A stretch of DNA of 64,000 nt from Deferribacterales bacterium (GCA_050251945.1 JBFWLW010000002.1:64001-128000), one strand, 5' to 3'. Positions 20,267-31,401 are shown, counted from the stretch's first letter. Made by a program: numbers and translations. Notes: generated from the letters alone by a model not told the origin.

Positions 20267-21391
20267 ATGAAAACATGCATAATCAACGCAATTCCTTTAC
20301 TGTCGCCACTTAGCGGAGTCGGAAGATATACGCTGGAATTATGCAGACGTCTTGATACGGCATTTTTAGAAGCCGATTTTACATATTTTTACGGCTACAA
20401 TTCTAAATCACTTCGTTTTCCTGACACATCAGATAATGTGAAAAATACCAAAATGCTTTCAAATGTACTGATCCGAAAAATCGCCAAAAAGATGCTGACA
20501 ACTGCCGCTTCTTTATCACCCAAACGGTACGATCTCTACTGGGAACCAAACAATCTGATTGAAGATTTTTTTAAGGCACGCGCAAGACTATATACTCTCC
20601 ACGACATTTCAGTTATTAAACATCCGCAATGGCATCCTAAAAAGCGCGTGGAGCTTTTCGCTAACCGCCTTCGGCGCAGTATTGAAAAAGCTGACCTTAT
20701 TATCACTGACTCCCGGTTTTCCAACAATGAGATAACGGAATATTTCAACCTGCCGAAGGAGAGCGTCAGAACGATTTATCTGGGGTATGACACCGATCTT
20801 TTTCACAACATTTGCAATAATGAGGTATCTTCCGCTCTTAAAAATAAGTATACAGGCGGGTGCGAGTTTATCCTTTTTTCTGGCAGCCTTGAACCCAGAA
20901 AAAATCTTTCAGGTCTTCTGAAAGCTTACTCATCGCTCCCCTTGGATATCAAAGAGAATTTCAGGCTGCTTCTTGTGGGGGGCACCGGATGGAGCAATGA
21001 GGAGATATTGCAACTGATTAACAATAACTCGCCTTATGTGGTTCACGGCGGATATGTTGATTATTACGAACTCGCAACCCTTTACAGAGCCGCATCTTTA
21101 CTTGCCTATCCTTCGCACTATGAGGGTTTCGGTCTCCCGCCGCTGGAAGCCATGGCGTGCGGATGTCCGACACTGGTCTCACCACGCGCATCATTGCCCG
21201 AAGTATGCGGAGACGCTTCTTTTTATGTCGATCCTGACAGCGTTGAAAGTATACGGGAAGGGCTTATCAAAATACTTACAGACACATCATTCGCACAACG
21301 GCTCTCACAATCCGGTCTTATACAGTGTAAAAAATTCGACTGGAACACGACAGCAGCAGAACATATGAAGTGTATGAGAGAATTGCTGTAG
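20267..21391 (+). CDS. GT4 family glycosyltransferase (mannosyl/rhamnosyltransferase-like)
   Basis: SGVGRY, TLHDIS, GSLEPRKNL, YEGFGLPPLEAMACGCP motifs. Confidence 0.9.
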   Translation: MKTCIINAIPLLSPLSGVGRYTLELCRRLDTAFLEADFTYFYGYNSKSLRFPDTSDNVKNTKMLSNVLIRKIAKKMLTTAASLSPKRYDLYWEPNNLIEDFFKARARLYTLHDISVIKHPQWHPKKRVELFANRLRRSIEKADLIITDSRFSNNEITEYFNLPKESVRTIYLGYDTDLFHNICNNEVSSALKNKYTGGCEFILFSGSLEPRKNLSGLLKAYSSLPLDIKENFRLLLVGGTGWSNEEILQLINNNSPYVVHGGYVDYYELATLYRAASLLAYPSHYEGFGLPPLEAMACGCPTLVSPRASLPEVCGDASFYVDPDSVESIREGLIKILTDTSFAQRLSQSGLIQCKKFDWNTTAAEHMKCMRELL

Positions 21392-21398
21392 CCTGCAA

Positions 21399-21477
21399 AG
21401 ACTGCTTCACCCCTGCAGGTTCGCAGAGACGGGTAGAAATAAACGTCTTCGCGAGGAGCATAGCGGCGAAGCGATCT
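21399..21477. repeat. REP-like palindromic element, copy A
   Basis: AGACTGCTTC..TCGCAGAGAC-spacer-GTCTTCGCGA..CGAAGCGATCT; related copies at 45310 and 61953. Confidence 0.75.
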
Positions 21478-21720
21478 CATTCGTTTTGATTTTGATATTT
21501 ATTCATAAAATGCGTAAATGCTCAAAACCATCTTAAATTTTTTGTTTAGATGCAAGCAGTACAATGAAGAAGTGATGAGAGGGCTGCGAGCATACATAAG
21601 TATGTAAGCAGTTCCGAAGAGAAACTGACGCAGCAGTGCGCAGTGTACGCATAAATACATGAGCAATATTATTGCGAGAACAACGAAGAAATGCGAAGTG
21701 TTATAAAAGACAAAAGAAAT

Positions 21721-21746
21721 AAAAAAAGGGAGCCGAAGCTCCCTTT
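21721..21746 (-). terminator. Intrinsic terminator of the alpha operon (after rplQ)
   Basis: Minus strand AAAGGGAGC-TTCG-GCTCCCTTTTTTT. Confidence 0.9.
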
Positions 21747-21750
21747 ATGA

Positions 21751-22104
21751 TTAGTCTACGAATTCAATTATCGCCATTGAGGCATTGTCGCCCTGACGAA
21801 AACCTGTTTTGATTATTCTTGTATAACCGCCGGGACGCTCTTTAAACTTAGGAGCTATCTCGTCGAAGATCTTATGAACAACCTTGATATTGGGGAGCTT
21901 GCTGAGTGCTGTTCTGCGTGCAGCAAGATCGCCTTTTTTGCCAAGTGTCACCAAAGGCTCGATGAACATACGAAGCTGTTTTGCTCTAGCTACGGTTGTT
22001 TCGATACGGCCGTTGTCCACAAGAGAAGTGGCAAGGTTACGCACCATAGCCTTTCTGTGGGCAGGTTTTCTGCCGAGTTTGTTTCCACTTACGCCGTGAC
22101 GCAT
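21751..22104 (-). CDS. rplQ: 50S ribosomal protein L17
   Basis: [29 protein letters not shown]. Confidence 0.98.
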   Translation of the reverse strand: MRHGVSGNKLGRKPAHRKAMVRNLATSLVDNGRIETTVARAKQLRMFIEPLVTLGKKGDLAARRTALSKLPNIKVVHKIFDEIAPKFKERPGGYTRIIKTGFRQGDNASMAIIEFVD

Positions 22105-23109
22105 CTATTCTTCCTCCGAATCTGTACTGTTATAACCGATGGCTTCCAGATCCATGCCGAGGGAAAGACCAAGTTCGCAAAGAACTTTTTTGATCTCTTC
22201 CAGTGACTTGCGTCCGAAGTTCTTAGTCTTCAGCATCTCTGCGTCAGTTTTCATGCAGAGTTCTGCAAGTGTTTTTATGTTGGCATTCTTCAGACAGTTG
22301 TAAGCGCGAACGGAAAGTTCCAGTTCCTCGATGCTTTTGTCGAGCAGGTCGAGCAGATGGTCGTTCTGGCTTGCGTCCTCTGAAACAGAATCGTCAACCA
22401 CGGGTTCATCAAAGTTGATGAAAAGGTTCATCTGATCTTTGATGATCTTTGCCGCAAACCCTATTGCGTCCTCAGGATTGATAGACCCGTCAGTTTCGAT
22501 TTCAAGAGTAAGTTTATCGTAATCCGTACTCTGACCGACACGGGCGTCCTCAACGAAGTAGTTCACTTTTTTGATGGGTGTGAAAACCGCATCAACAGCA
22601 AGCATATCAACTTCATCGTTCTCTTTTTCAATCTCTTCGGCAGGCACATAACCGATACCGCGTTTAACAACGAACTCCATATAAAGCTCTTTGTTAGGGT
22701 CGGTCAATGTGCAGATGTGCTGTCCGGGGTCAAGGATCTCAACCATTGTGTCGCCGGTGATGTCACCTGCGGTAACGGGACCCTCTCCTCTTCTTCTGAT
22801 ATACACACGTCTTGTTTCATGCGTGTGCAGTTTCAGTTCCAGCATTTTGATATTCAGAAGGATATCAACGACATCCTCATAAACACCTTCGAGTGCGGCG
22901 AACTCGTTGCTTACACCGTCAATCTTAACAGCGGTGACTGCCGTACCCTCTATAGATGAGAGCATAACACGTCTCAGGGCGTTGCCTACAGTTGTGCCGA
23001 ATCCCTTTTCATAGGGTTCTGCAATGTATACGCCTTTTCTGTCAGTGACTTCGCCCAGAGCTTCAATCTTTCTGGGCTTTATGATTTCATGAAAATTCAT
23101 GATGATCAT
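22105..23109 (-). CDS. rpoA: RNA polymerase alpha subunit
   Basis: [30 protein letters not shown]. Confidence 0.98.
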   Translation of the reverse strand: MIIMNFHEIIKPRKIEALGEVTDRKGVYIAEPYEKGFGTTVGNALRRVMLSSIEGTAVTAVKIDGVSNEFAALEGVYEDVVDILLNIKMLELKLHTHETRRVYIRRRGEGPVTAGDITGDTMVEILDPGQHICTLTDPNKELYMEFVVKRGIGYVPAEEIEKENDEVDMLAVDAVFTPIKKVNYFVEDARVGQSTDYDKLTLEIETDGSINPEDAIGFAAKIIKDQMNLFINFDEPVVDDSVSEDASQNDHLLDLLDKSIEELELSVRAYNCLKNANIKTLAELCMKTDAEMLKTKNFGRKSLEEIKKVLCELGLSLGMDLEAIGYNSTDSEEE

Positions 23110-23132
23110 TATGCTAACCTCCGTGTAAAACG

Positions 23133-23759
23133 TTACTTGGAGTAAAGTTCCACTATCAGGTGTTCCTGAATTTCATAACCTATGTCGTCTCTAGCGGGCA
23201 TTCTGAGAACAGATGCCTTATAAGCGCCCTTATCGAGTGTGAGCCACTCAGAAACGCCTCTGCCTTCCGCAGTGTCGACACATTCTTTAATCCTTGTGTT
23301 TTCGCGTGATTTTTCGCGCACGGAAACAATGCTTCCTGCTTTAACGAGGAAGCTGGGGATGTTAACGGGTTTGCCGTCCACAAGGAAATGACCGTGACCA
23401 ACCATTTGTCTTGCTTCTTTACGGCTTCCTGCGAATCCTGCTCTGTAAACAATGTTGTCCAGTCTTCTTTCAAGAAGCTGAAGCAGGTTTTCACCGGTGA
23501 TGCCCTGCATCCTGGTAGCTTTATCGAAGTAGCGGCGGAACTGTTTTTCAAGAACGCCGTACAATCTTTTAACCTTTTGTTTCTCACGCATCTGAGTACC
23601 GTAGTCGCTCAGTTTTTTGCGTGCCTGGCCATGCTGACCGGGAGCGTAAGGTTTTTTCTCAAAACCGCATTTGTCTTTGTAGCAACGCTCGCCTTTGAGA
23701 AAGAGCTTCATGCCCTCTCTGCGGCAAAGCTTGCATACTGCACCTGTATACCTAGCCAA
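23133..23759 (-). CDS. rpsD: 30S ribosomal protein S4
   Basis: [34 protein letters not shown]. Confidence 0.98.
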   Translation of the reverse strand: MARYTGAVCKLCRREGMKLFLKGERCYKDKCGFEKKPYAPGQHGQARKKLSDYGTQMREKQKVKRLYGVLEKQFRRYFDKATRMQGITGENLLQLLERRLDNIVYRAGFAGSRKEARQMVGHGHFLVDGKPVNIPSFLVKAGSIVSVREKSRENTRIKECVDTAEGRGVSEWLTLDKGAYKASVLRMPARDDIGYEIQEHLIVELYSK

Positions 23760-23771
23760 CTTAAGCCTCCG

Positions 23772-24155
23772 TTACACTCTTCTCTTCTTTCTGGGTCTGC
23801 ATCCGTTGTGGGGAACGGGTGTAACGTCCCTGATAACGGTGATTTTCATTCCGGCAGCGGCGATAGCACGGATTGCGCTTTCACGGCCTGCGCCGGGACC
23901 CTTAACGTTAACTTCCACTTCGCGCATACCGTTATCCGCAGCTTTTTTAGCAGCTTGTTCAGCGGCTATCTGTGCTGCGAAAGGGGTGGACTTACGGGAG
24001 TTTTTAAAACCCACGCCGCCGCCCGCTGCCCAGCAAACAGTGTTTCCCTGTGCATCGGTGAATGTTACGATAGTGTTGTTAAAAGTTGACCTGATATGAG
24101 CAACGCCTCTGGGGACGTTTTTTCTCTCTCTTTTTTTAGAGCCTCTTTTAGCCAT
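23772..24155 (-). CDS. rpsK: 30S ribosomal protein S11
   Basis: [30 protein letters not shown]. Confidence 0.98.
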   Translation of the reverse strand: MAKRGSKKRERKNVPRGVAHIRSTFNNTIVTFTDAQGNTVCWAAGGGVGFKNSRKSTPFAAQIAAEQAAKKAADNGMREVEVNVKGPGAGRESAIRAIAAAGMKITVIRDVTPVPHNGCRPRKKRRV

Positions 24156-24168
24156 CTTCGTTCAATCC

Positions 24169-24537
24169 TTACTTTTTCTTAATGCCGCGCTTACCGGCGA
24201 GACCTTTTCTTGTTCTTGCGTTGCTTCTGGTCTTCTGACCTCTGCAAGGCAGGTGCATCTTGTGTCTCTGGCCGCGATAGCAGCTGATTTCCATAAGTCT
24301 CTTAACGTTCAGGGATATCTCTTTACGGAGATCACCTTCAACCTTAAGATTTTCCTCGATGTACTTTCTGATTTCAGAAATATTCTGTTCAGAAAGGTCG
24401 CCTATCCTTTTGGACAGGTCTACGCCGATTACGCCAAGTATCGTTTTAGCAGTTTCACGGCCTACGCCGTAAATTCCTGTAAGGCCAACCTCGACTTTTT
24501 TGTTGTTGGGAATGTCCACACCAGCAATACGTGCCAC
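24169..24537 (-). CDS. rpsM: 30S ribosomal protein S13
   Basis: [30 protein letters not shown]. Confidence 0.98.
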   Translation of the reverse strand: MARIAGVDIPNNKKVEVGLTGIYGVGRETAKTILGVIGVDLSKRIGDLSEQNISEIRKYIEENLKVEGDLRKEISLNVKRLMEISCYRGQRHKMHLPCRGQKTRSNARTRKGLAGKRGIKKK

Positions 24538-24549
24538 AAAAAGCCTCCT

Positions 24550-24663
24550 TTAACCTTGTCTCTGCTTATGTCTGGGGTTTTCACATATTATGCGTATTAC
24601 CCCTTTACGTTTGATAACTTTACACTTAGCGCATATAGGCTTTACACTAGCCCGAACTTTCAT
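24550..24663 (-). CDS. rpmJ: 50S ribosomal protein L36 (37 aa, not in ORF track)
   Basis: Hand translation [37 protein letters not shown]. Confidence 0.97.
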   Translation of the reverse strand: MKVRASVKPICAKCKVIKRKGVIRIICENPRHKQRQG

Positions 24664-24674
24664 TTTTCACCCCG

Positions 24675-24899
24675 TCATTTCTTATGTCGGTAAGTAATTC
24701 GTCCTCTGGACAGGTCATAAGGGGAAAGTTCCACAGTGACCTTGTCTCCAGGGAGAATTCTGATAAAGTGCATTCTCATTTTGCCTGAGAGATGCGACAG
24801 GATTACGTGCTTGTTTTCCAGCTCAACCTTGAACATAGCGTTCGGGAGAGCTTCAAGCACTGTCCCGCTGGCTTCGATAACGTCTTCTTTTTTTCCCAT
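24675..24899 (-). CDS. infA: Translation initiation factor IF-1
   Basis: [30 protein letters not shown]. Confidence 0.98.
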   Translation of the reverse strand: MGKKEDVIEASGTVLEALPNAMFKVELENKHVILSHLSGKMRMHFIRILPGDKVTVELSPYDLSRGRITYRHKK

Positions 24900-24906
24900 A
24901 TGCCTT

Positions 24907-25650
24907 TTACATGGTTAGTATTTCCGGTCCGCTCGGGGTAATGGCCACAGTGTTTTCATAATGTGCCGCTAAACTGCCGTCTTCTGTAACAGCGGTCCAG
25001 CCGTCTTTGAGGGTTCTAACACTGTAATGTCCTGCAGTAACCATAGGTTCTACAGCGAGGACCATTCCTGCACGCAGCCGCAACCCGCGATTTGGTCGCC
25101 CATAGTTGGGGATCGCCGGTTCTTCGTGCATTTCTCTGCCGATTCCGTGACCGAAAAAATCTCTGACTACTCCGTAACCGTGAGACTCGCAATGTACCTG
25201 CACAGCGTGCGAGATATCGGTAAGTCTTCCGCCGTCTACGGCTTTTTCTATACCTTTAAAGAATGACTCTTTCGTCACTCTTATAAGATCTTCCGCTTCT
25301 TTGGAAATTTTGCCCACCGCGTATGTGCGGGCAGCGTCTCCGTGAAAACCGTTTTTGTATGCTCCAACATCAACACTGATGATGTCGCCCTCGACTATTT
25401 TTCTGTCAGAGGGAATTCCGTGAACCACAACTTCGTTTATTGATGCACAGACAGCACTTGGGTATCCTCTGTATCCCTTAAAAGAGGGCAGAGCATCCCG
25501 AGAGGATATAATATTCTCTGCGAATTTGTCAATATCTAATGTTGAAAGTCCCGGTTTTATGAACTCTTCCAGTTTTTCCAGCACCTCTTTTACGATGGAA
25601 CCGGCAATTCTCATCAGGTCGAGTTCGGCTTTTGACTTAATTACAACCAT
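24907..25650 (-). CDS. map: Methionine aminopeptidase type I
   Basis: [42 protein letters not shown]. Confidence 0.97.
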   Translation of the reverse strand: MVVIKSKAELDLMRIAGSIVKEVLEKLEEFIKPGLSTLDIDKFAENIISSRDALPSFKGYRGYPSAVCASINEVVVHGIPSDRKIVEGDIISVDVGAYKNGFHGDAARTYAVGKISKEAEDLIRVTKESFFKGIEKAVDGGRLTDISHAVQVHCESHGYGVVRDFFGHGIGREMHEEPAIPNYGRPNRGLRLRAGMVLAVEPMVTAGHYSVRTLKDGWTAVTEDGSLAAHYENTVAITPSGPEILTM

Positions 25651-26297
25651 TATCCCAGTATCTTCTTAATAGCCGCAAAAACGTTGTCGGTTGTATCGTC
25701 ACCGCTGAGTTCAAAGAACTTTCCGCTTTTGCCGTAATAGTCTTTCAGCAAAGCGGTGGTTCCGTGGTATACCGCCAGTCTTTTGCGGATTGTTTCCTCT
25801 CTGTCGTCGTCTCTGTGAACAAGAGTTTCGCTGTCGTTGTCACATTGACCGCCGTGTTTGGGAGGATTGAATTTTATATGGTAAGTGGCGCCGCATTTCG
25901 GGCAGACTCTTCTGCCTGTGTTGCGTGTCACAACCACTTCATCATCAACTTCAAGACTGATGATGTGAGTTATCGACGTTTTAAGATCGTTAACAAGCAT
26001 GGCGTCCAGAGCTTCCGCCTGCGCAGTTGTTCTGGGAAAGCCGTCGAGGATAAAACCGTTCTGACAGTCATCCGCCTGAAAACGCTCTTTCATCATATTG
26101 ATTATAAGGCTGTCGGGAACAAGCTGTCCGCCGTCCATATACACCTTTGCTTCTTTGCCAAGAGCAGTACCCGCCTTAACAGCGGCTCTCAGCAGGTCGC
26201 CGGTGGATATCTGCACAACCTTGTAATCTTCTATGATCTTTGCCGACTGTGTGCCTTTACCCGCTCCGGGAGGGCCCAGAAAGATAAGATTGATCAT
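25650..26297 (-). CDS. adk: Adenylate kinase
   Basis: GPPGAGKGTQ, ISTGDLLR, LDGFPRT. Confidence 0.98.
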   Translation of the reverse strand: MINLIFLGPPGAGKGTQSAKIIEDYKVVQISTGDLLRAAVKAGTALGKEAKVYMDGGQLVPDSLIINMMKERFQADDCQNGFILDGFPRTTAQAEALDAMLVNDLKTSITHIISLEVDDEVVVTRNTGRRVCPKCGATYHIKFNPPKHGGQCDNDSETLVHRDDDREETIRKRLAVYHGTTALLKDYYGKSGKFFELSGDDTTDNVFAAIKKILG

Positions 26298-27610
26298 TAC
26301 ATGCCACCTCTGCCTTTGATTCTTCCTTTTTTCAGGAAGCCGTCATAGTTGTTTGTCACCAGAGAAGCCTCAATCTTGGCTATCATATCCATACCGACAC
26401 CGATAACGATCAGAACAGACGTACCTCCGAAATAGAAAGGCACGCTGAAACTGTGGATTATAAACTGCGGCAGGATAGCAACAGCACCGAGGTATATTGC
26501 GCCCACAAAGGTAAGCCTTGAAAGGGTGAAGTCGATAAACTTCGCAGTTTCGGCTCCCGGTCTTTTTCCGGGAATGACGCCGCCGGACTTGTTTATGTTG
26601 TCGGCGATATCATCAGGGTTGAAGATGATGGACGTATAAAAATATGTGAAGAATACGATGAATCCCACTGTCACTATGTAATAAAACACATGGCTGGGTG
26701 AGAACCAATAGCTTATCTTCTGAACCAGCGGATCCTGACTGAAAGTAGCCATGGTGCTGGGGAAGGCAAGTATTGACATCGCGAAGATGATCGGTATAAC
26801 CCCTGCGGGGTTAAGCCTCAGCGGCAGATAGGATGTTGTTGCAGCCGAACTGCCGCTTCCGCCTTTTCTGACATATTGTATGGGTATTCTTCTGTGTGAA
26901 GTTTCCATGAATACTATGGCCGCGGTGACAAGGAAAATGAGTGCCAGCACAAAAATAAGTATGATGAGCTGGAGTTCGCCCGATTTAAGCAGGGTGACCG
27001 AGCGGCTTACCGCAGAGGGGAAACCGGCGATGATACCTGCAAAGATCAGAACGGACATACCGTTACCGAGACCTTTTTCAGTAATCTTCTCTCCCAGCCA
27101 CATAAGGAATATCGTACCGGTTGTCAGCGTGAGAGCGGTGAGCAGTCTGAAACCCATTCCGGGGAACATGACCACAGGCGCTCCGCCGGGGGATGTCATC
27201 CCCTCAAGACCGATGGCGATACCGAGACCCTGTATCATACTGATGATAACGGTTCCATACCTAGTGTATCTGGTTATCTTGTCCCTTCCCTCCTGACCTC
27301 TTTTTTTGAGTTCAGCAAGGTGAGGTACCGCAACCGTCATAAGCTCAAGTATGATTGATGCGGAGATATACGGCATTACACCGAGACCGAAGACTGTCAG
27401 CTTTGACAGCGCCCCGCCCGTGAACATGTCGAAGAAACCGAGAAGGTTTCCGGACTGCTGGGCAAAGAACTGGCTGAGAGCTTCGCCGTCGATGCCGGGT
27501 GTGGGAACGTGTGCTCCCACCCGATATACAAACAGGAAGAAGAGGGTCCAAAGGATCCTCTTCCTGAGTTCTGCTATTGAGAAGATTTCTTCTAATTTTC
27601 TAAACATCAA
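26297..27610 (-). CDS. secY: Preprotein translocase SecY
   Basis: LGVMPYISASII, WLGEKITEKGLGNG, GGTSVLIVIGV; start may be ATG 27607. Confidence 0.98.
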   Translation of the reverse strand: MMFRKLEEIFSIAELRKRILWTLFFLFVYRVGAHVPTPGIDGEALSQFFAQQSGNLLGFFDMFTGGALSKLTVFGLGVMPYISASIILELMTVAVPHLAELKKRGQEGRDKITRYTRYGTVIISMIQGLGIAIGLEGMTSPGGAPVVMFPGMGFRLLTALTLTTGTIFLMWLGEKITEKGLGNGMSVLIFAGIIAGFPSAVSRSVTLLKSGELQLIILIFVLALIFLVTAAIVFMETSHRRIPIQYVRKGGSGSSAATTSYLPLRLNPAGVIPIIFAMSILAFPSTMATFSQDPLVQKISYWFSPSHVFYYIVTVGFIVFFTYFYTSIIFNPDDIADNINKSGGVIPGKRPGAETAKFIDFTLSRLTFVGAIYLGAVAILPQFIIHSFSVPFYFGGTSVLIVIGVGMDMIAKIEASLVTNNYDGFLKKGRIKGRGGM

Positions 27611-28060
27611 TTACCCCAGAACAACGACTTCGCAGCCTGCTTTTTCTGCTTTCTCTTTTGCAGAGCCGGAGATTTTGTCAACCTCGAATTTCAGCTTTTT
27701 GCTGATTTCGCCGTCGCCAAGAACTTTAACTCCGTCCTTATTGCCTTTCACAAGACCTTTCTCTTTAAGAGTGATAGAAGAAACTACCTCTCCTTCAGAG
27801 AATGCGTTGTTGATGGCTTCAAGGTTTACAGTTTCAAAAACAGTTGCAAACTTAGCGTTGTTGAAACCTCTCTTAGGAAGTCTTCTGTTAAGAGGCATCT
27901 GACCGCCTTCAAATCCGGGTCTGATCTTTCCGCCGCTTCTGGCTTTCTGACCTTTTGTACCCTTGCCGGCAGTAGTACCGTGTCCGCTACCGCTGCCTCT
28001 TCCGAGTCTCTTTCTGTCTTTATTGGCACCGGGAGCCGGTCTCAGATCATGAAGTTCCAT
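27611..28060 (-). CDS. rplO: 50S ribosomal protein L15
   Basis: GRGSGSG, GFEGGQMPL.RRLPKRGF. Confidence 0.98.
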   Translation of the reverse strand: MELHDLRPAPGANKDRKRLGRGSGSGHGTTAGKGTKGQKARSGGKIRPGFEGGQMPLNRRLPKRGFNNAKFATVFETVNLEAINNAFSEGEVVSSITLKEKGLVKGNKDGVKVLGDGEISKKLKFEVDKISGSAKEKAEKAGCEVVVLG

Positions 28061-28072
28061 CTTTGTATCCTC

Positions 28073-28576
28073 TTACTTAATGATTTCCTGAATGGTTTTG
28101 CCTCTCATTTCGGCAACCTTGTCCAGGGTTCTTATGTTCTTAAAACCGTCCATAACTGCATAAAGCGAGTTGTAGGGGTTTCTGCTTCTGGTTGATTTGC
28201 AGAGGATGTTCTGAACGCCTGCCAGCTCGAAAAGTGAGCGGGTCACACCACCGGAGATGATACCCGTACCGGCTGCGGCGGGTCTCATAACGATTTCGCT
28301 TGAAACGAAACGTCCGATGACATCGTGGGGGATGGTTCCGTTAACAACGGGAACCTCCACCATACTCTTTTTAGCGTTCTCAAGCGCTTTTTTAATAGCG
28401 TCCGGAACTTCTCTTGCTTTGCCGTGACCTATGCCGACTTTGCCGTTCATGTCACCCACAACAACAAGAGCAGTGAACTTGAATATACGACCGCCTTTAA
28501 CGACTTTCGTAACTCTGCCTATATTAACCACTTTATCTACAAGTTGGTTTTCGCCGTTTACGTTAGCATTGCTCAT
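28073..28576 (-). CDS. rpsE: 30S ribosomal protein S5
   Basis: RVTKVVKGGRIFKF, GKAREVPDAI. Confidence 0.98.
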   Translation of the reverse strand: MSNANVNGENQLVDKVVNIGRVTKVVKGGRIFKFTALVVVGDMNGKVGIGHGKAREVPDAIKKALENAKKSMVEVPVVNGTIPHDVIGRFVSSEIVMRPAAAGTGIISGGVTRSLFELAGVQNILCKSTRSRNPYNSLYAVMDGFKNIRTLDKVAEMRGKTIQEIIK

Positions 28577-28587
28577 AGGTTACCTCC

Positions 28588-28953
28588 TTAGAACTCAAGT
28601 CCGGCTTCGCGGGCGCCTTCAGCAAGCGCCTTGATCCTGCCGTGATAAAGGAAACCGCCTCTGTCAAAGACAACTTTGCTGATTCCTTTTTCGGAAGCTC
28701 TTTTAGCAACCTCTGCGCCGATAGCTTTTGCAACAGTAAGGTTTACACGTCCTTTAAACTGCTCTTTAAGCTCCTTTTCAAGGGAGCTTGCAGCAACTAT
28801 CGTTGTACCTTTATTGTCGTCTATAACCTGAGCATAGATGTATTTGTTGCTTTTGAAAACAGCCAGTCTGGGTCTGATTTCTGAGCCCTGTACCTTTTTT
28901 CTGTTGCGTACATGCCTTCTTGCGCGGGCAGTCGCTCTTGAAAATACAGCCAT
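28588..28953 (-). CDS. rplR: 50S ribosomal protein L18
   Basis: [30 protein letters not shown]. Confidence 0.98.
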   Translation of the reverse strand: MAVFSRATARARRHVRNRKKVQGSEIRPRLAVFKSNKYIYAQVIDDNKGTTIVAASSLEKELKEQFKGRVNLTVAKAIGAEVAKRASEKGISKVVFDRGGFLYHGRIKALAEGAREAGLEF

Positions 28954-28964
28954 TTCAACTCCCC

Positions 28965-29504
28965 TTATTTCTTACCGGTCTTGCCGGCTTTTCTGAGTAT
29001 ATACTCGCCTTCGTATCTGATACCTTTACCTTTGTAAGGTTCGGGTGCTCTCAGCTTGCGGATGTTAGCCGCAACCTGTCCAACGAGCTGTTTGTCGATA
29101 CCCATAACGGCGATCTTGGTTTGGCTCTCCGCCTTAAGCTCGATGCCTGCGGGAGGAGTGAACACGACGGGGTGTGAGAAGCCAAGGGACAGATCAAGGT
29201 CTGATCCCTTTTGCGCTACTCTGTAACCCACGCCGACTATATCAAGCTTTTTCACATAACCCTGTGTAACGCCTGTAACCATGTTGCTTATCAGTGTACG
29301 GGTGAGTCCGTGCACAGCTTTGGAGATCTTAGTCTCGTCTTTTCTGTCCACATTCACAACGTTGCCGTCAACAGCTACAACAGCCTTATAGTGGATTTCC
29401 TGCTCAAGCTTGCCTTTGGGGCCCGCGACGCTGACAGTGTTTCTATCAATAGCAACTGTCACGCCTGAGGGAATATCTATAGGTTTTTTACCAATTCTTG
29501 ACAT
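28965..29504 (-). CDS. rplF: 50S ribosomal protein L6
   Basis: [20 protein letters not shown]. Confidence 0.98.
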   Translation of the reverse strand: MSRIGKKPIDIPSGVTVAIDRNTVSVAGPKGKLEQEIHYKAVVAVDGNVVNVDRKDETKISKAVHGLTRTLISNMVTGVTQGYVKKLDIVGVGYRVAQKGSDLDLSLGFSHPVVFTPPAGIELKAESQTKIAVMGIDKQLVGQVAANIRKLRAPEPYKGKGIRYEGEYILRKAGKTGKK

Positions 29505-29516
29505 TAACGCTCTCCG

Positions 29517-29915
29517 TTACCATATCTGGCAAATGTACTCACCGCCGACTTTTTCAGCGATGCACTGCTTGACGGTCTTGATACCTCTGGAAGTAGAAAC
29601 AACACCGTTTCCAAGTCCGCCAAGTACAGGTTTGAGGTTCTTAGTGTTCACATACACTCTCTGACCGGGTTTAGATACTCTCTTAAGCCCGCGGATAACG
29701 GACTCGCCGCTATCGTTATATTTAAGGTGAATCACTATATTTTTCTTGTTTCCGTCTGTAACCACACGGAAATTCTTAACGTAACCCTCGTCTTTAAACA
29801 GGGTGGCAACTGCCTCTTTCATTTTAGAGTGAGGCATTACAACCTCCTGATGTTTAACCATAAGAGCGTTACGCACTCTTGTAAGCATATCAGCGATAGG
29901 ATCTGTCATTCCCAT
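29517..29915 (-). CDS. rpsH: 30S ribosomal protein S8
   Basis: TDPIADMLTRVRN, RVSKPG.RVY, VGGE. Confidence 0.98.
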   Translation of the reverse strand: MGMTDPIADMLTRVRNALMVKHQEVVMPHSKMKEAVATLFKDEGYVKNFRVVTDGNKKNIVIHLKYNDSGESVIRGLKRVSKPGQRVYVNTKNLKPVLGGLGNGVVSTSRGIKTVKQCIAEKVGGEYICQIW

Positions 29916-29933
29916 GACTTTAGTCTCCTTATA

Positions 29934-30119
29934 TTACCAGCTGGACTTTCTTACGCCGGGGATTTCTCCCTCAGCCGCGAACTTCCTGAAGCAAAGTCTG
30001 CACATGTTGAACCTACGCATAAAAGAACGAGGTCTTCCGCAGATGGGGCAGCGGTTATATTCCTGTACTTTGAATTTCTTCTTCTGAAATCCGCTGTTGT
30101 ATTTAGCCTTTGTAGCCAC
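29934..30119 (-). CDS. rpsN: 30S ribosomal protein S14 (short zinc-binding type)
   Basis: 61 aa, [27 protein letters not shown]. Confidence 0.97.
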   Translation of the reverse strand: MATKAKYNSGFQKKKFKVQEYNRCPICGRPRSFMRRFNMCRLCFRKFAAEGEIPGVRKSSW

Positions 30120-30668
30120 TTACGCCTCCGGGTTTTCAAAAGGCATACCGAGCTCTCTAAGAAGCTCTCTTGCCTCTGCATCTGTTTTAGCTGTTGTTGT
30201 GACGATGATGTCAAATCCTCTGATCTTGTCGATCTTGTCATAATCGATCTCAGGGAAGACGATCTGCTCTTTCAGACCCATGGCAAAGTTGCCTCTGCCG
30301 TCGAAAGATTTGGGGTTAACCCCGGAAAAGTCTCTAACCCTTGCAAGAGCGATTCTTGTCAGCCTAAACAGGAAGCCGTATGCAGCGTCGCCTCTGAGAG
30401 TGACTTTACAGCCGATGGGCATCCCCTCTCTCAGTTTGAAGCTGGCGATAGACTTTTTAGCCTTGGTGACGACCGGCTTTTGTCCCGCGATGAGAGTCAT
30501 ATCTCTGACAGCGCTTTCAACGGCTTTGGAGTTCTGAACTGCCTCGCCTACGCCCATGTTAAGAGTGACTTTCTCAACTTTCGGAACCTGCATGACGTTC
30601 TTGTAACCGAACTTCTGAATGAGTTTCGGCACAACCTCTTCTTTATAGATTCTTTTAAGTTCCGCCAT
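30120..30668 (-). CDS. rplE: 50S ribosomal protein L5
   Basis: [33 protein letters not shown]. Confidence 0.98.
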   Translation of the reverse strand: MAELKRIYKEEVVPKLIQKFGYKNVMQVPKVEKVTLNMGVGEAVQNSKAVESAVRDMTLIAGQKPVVTKAKKSIASFKLREGMPIGCKVTLRGDAAYGFLFRLTRIALARVRDFSGVNPKSFDGRGNFAMGLKEQIVFPEIDYDKIDKIRGFDIIVTTTAKTDAEARELLRELGMPFENPEA

Positions 30669-30684
30669 TTCTTTTTAGTCTCCG

Positions 30685-31011
30685 TTACTTATCGATTATC
30701 TCGCCACAGGCTCTGCAAAATCTGACTTTTTTGCCTGATTCGAGAACCTTAATTCCAAGCTTTACGCCTTTACTGCATTTTTCGCAGTAGTACATAATGT
30801 TGGATACCGCCAGAGGCATTGTTTTATCAACTATGCCGCCGTCCGGGTTGAACTGGTTAGGCTTTACGTGTTTCTTGGAGACGTTAACGCCTTCGCAAAA
30901 CACTTTTCCGCTATCCCTGTCCATTTTAACGACCTTTGTTTTCTGTCCTTTATCCTTACCGGTGGTAACGATAATCGGGTCGTCTTTCTTAATTTTCAGT
31001 TTAACACTCAT
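30685..31011 (-). CDS. rplX: 50S ribosomal protein L24
   Basis: KIKKDD.I...GKDKG, EGVN..KKHVKP; start set at ATG 31011 by RBS spacing. Confidence 0.96.
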   Translation of the reverse strand: MSVKLKIKKDDPIIVTTGKDKGQKTKVVKMDRDSGKVFCEGVNVSKKHVKPNQFNPDGGIVDKTMPLAVSNIMYYCEKCSKGVKLGIKVLESGKKVRFCRACGEIIDK

Positions 31012-31023
31012 TGACAAACCCTC

Positions 31024-31395
31024 TTAGAGTACTTCGGGAGCCATTGAAACTATTTTCAGATAGCCCTTTCCGCGCAGCTCTCTGGCAACGGGTCCGAAAA
31101 CCCTTGTTGCTATAGGTTCAAGATTGGTTTTACCCAGAAGCACACACGCGTTGTCGTCAAACTTGATGTATGTGCCGTCGGGGCGGCGCTGTTCTTTCGC
31201 TGTGCGAACGATAACGGCTTTCACGACAGAACCTTTTTTGATGTTGCTGTCGGGAGCTGCCGCTTTAACGGTACACACGATGATGTCGCCTATTCTTCCG
31301 TAGCGGATTTTTGATCCGCCGAGGACTTTGATGCAAAGCACTTCCTTAGCTCCGGAGTTGTCAGCAACTCTGAGTCTGGATTCTACCTGTATCAT
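31024..31395 (-). CDS. rplN: 50S ribosomal protein L14
   Basis: [26 protein letters not shown]. Confidence 0.98.
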   Translation of the reverse strand: MIQVESRLRVADNSGAKEVLCIKVLGGSKIRYGRIGDIIVCTVKAAAPDSNIKKGSVVKAVIVRTAKEQRRPDGTYIKFDDNACVLLGKTNLEPIATRVFGPVARELRGKGYLKIVSMAPEVL

Positions 31396-31401
31396 GTTAT
31401 A

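Noticed and set aside
29727..30725. Long plus-strand ORFs opposite core genes (also 33581-34327, 35589-36326, 54612-55676, 56630-57409)
   Set aside because: Antisense shadows of highly biased ribosomal and RNAP genes; no recognisable motifs.
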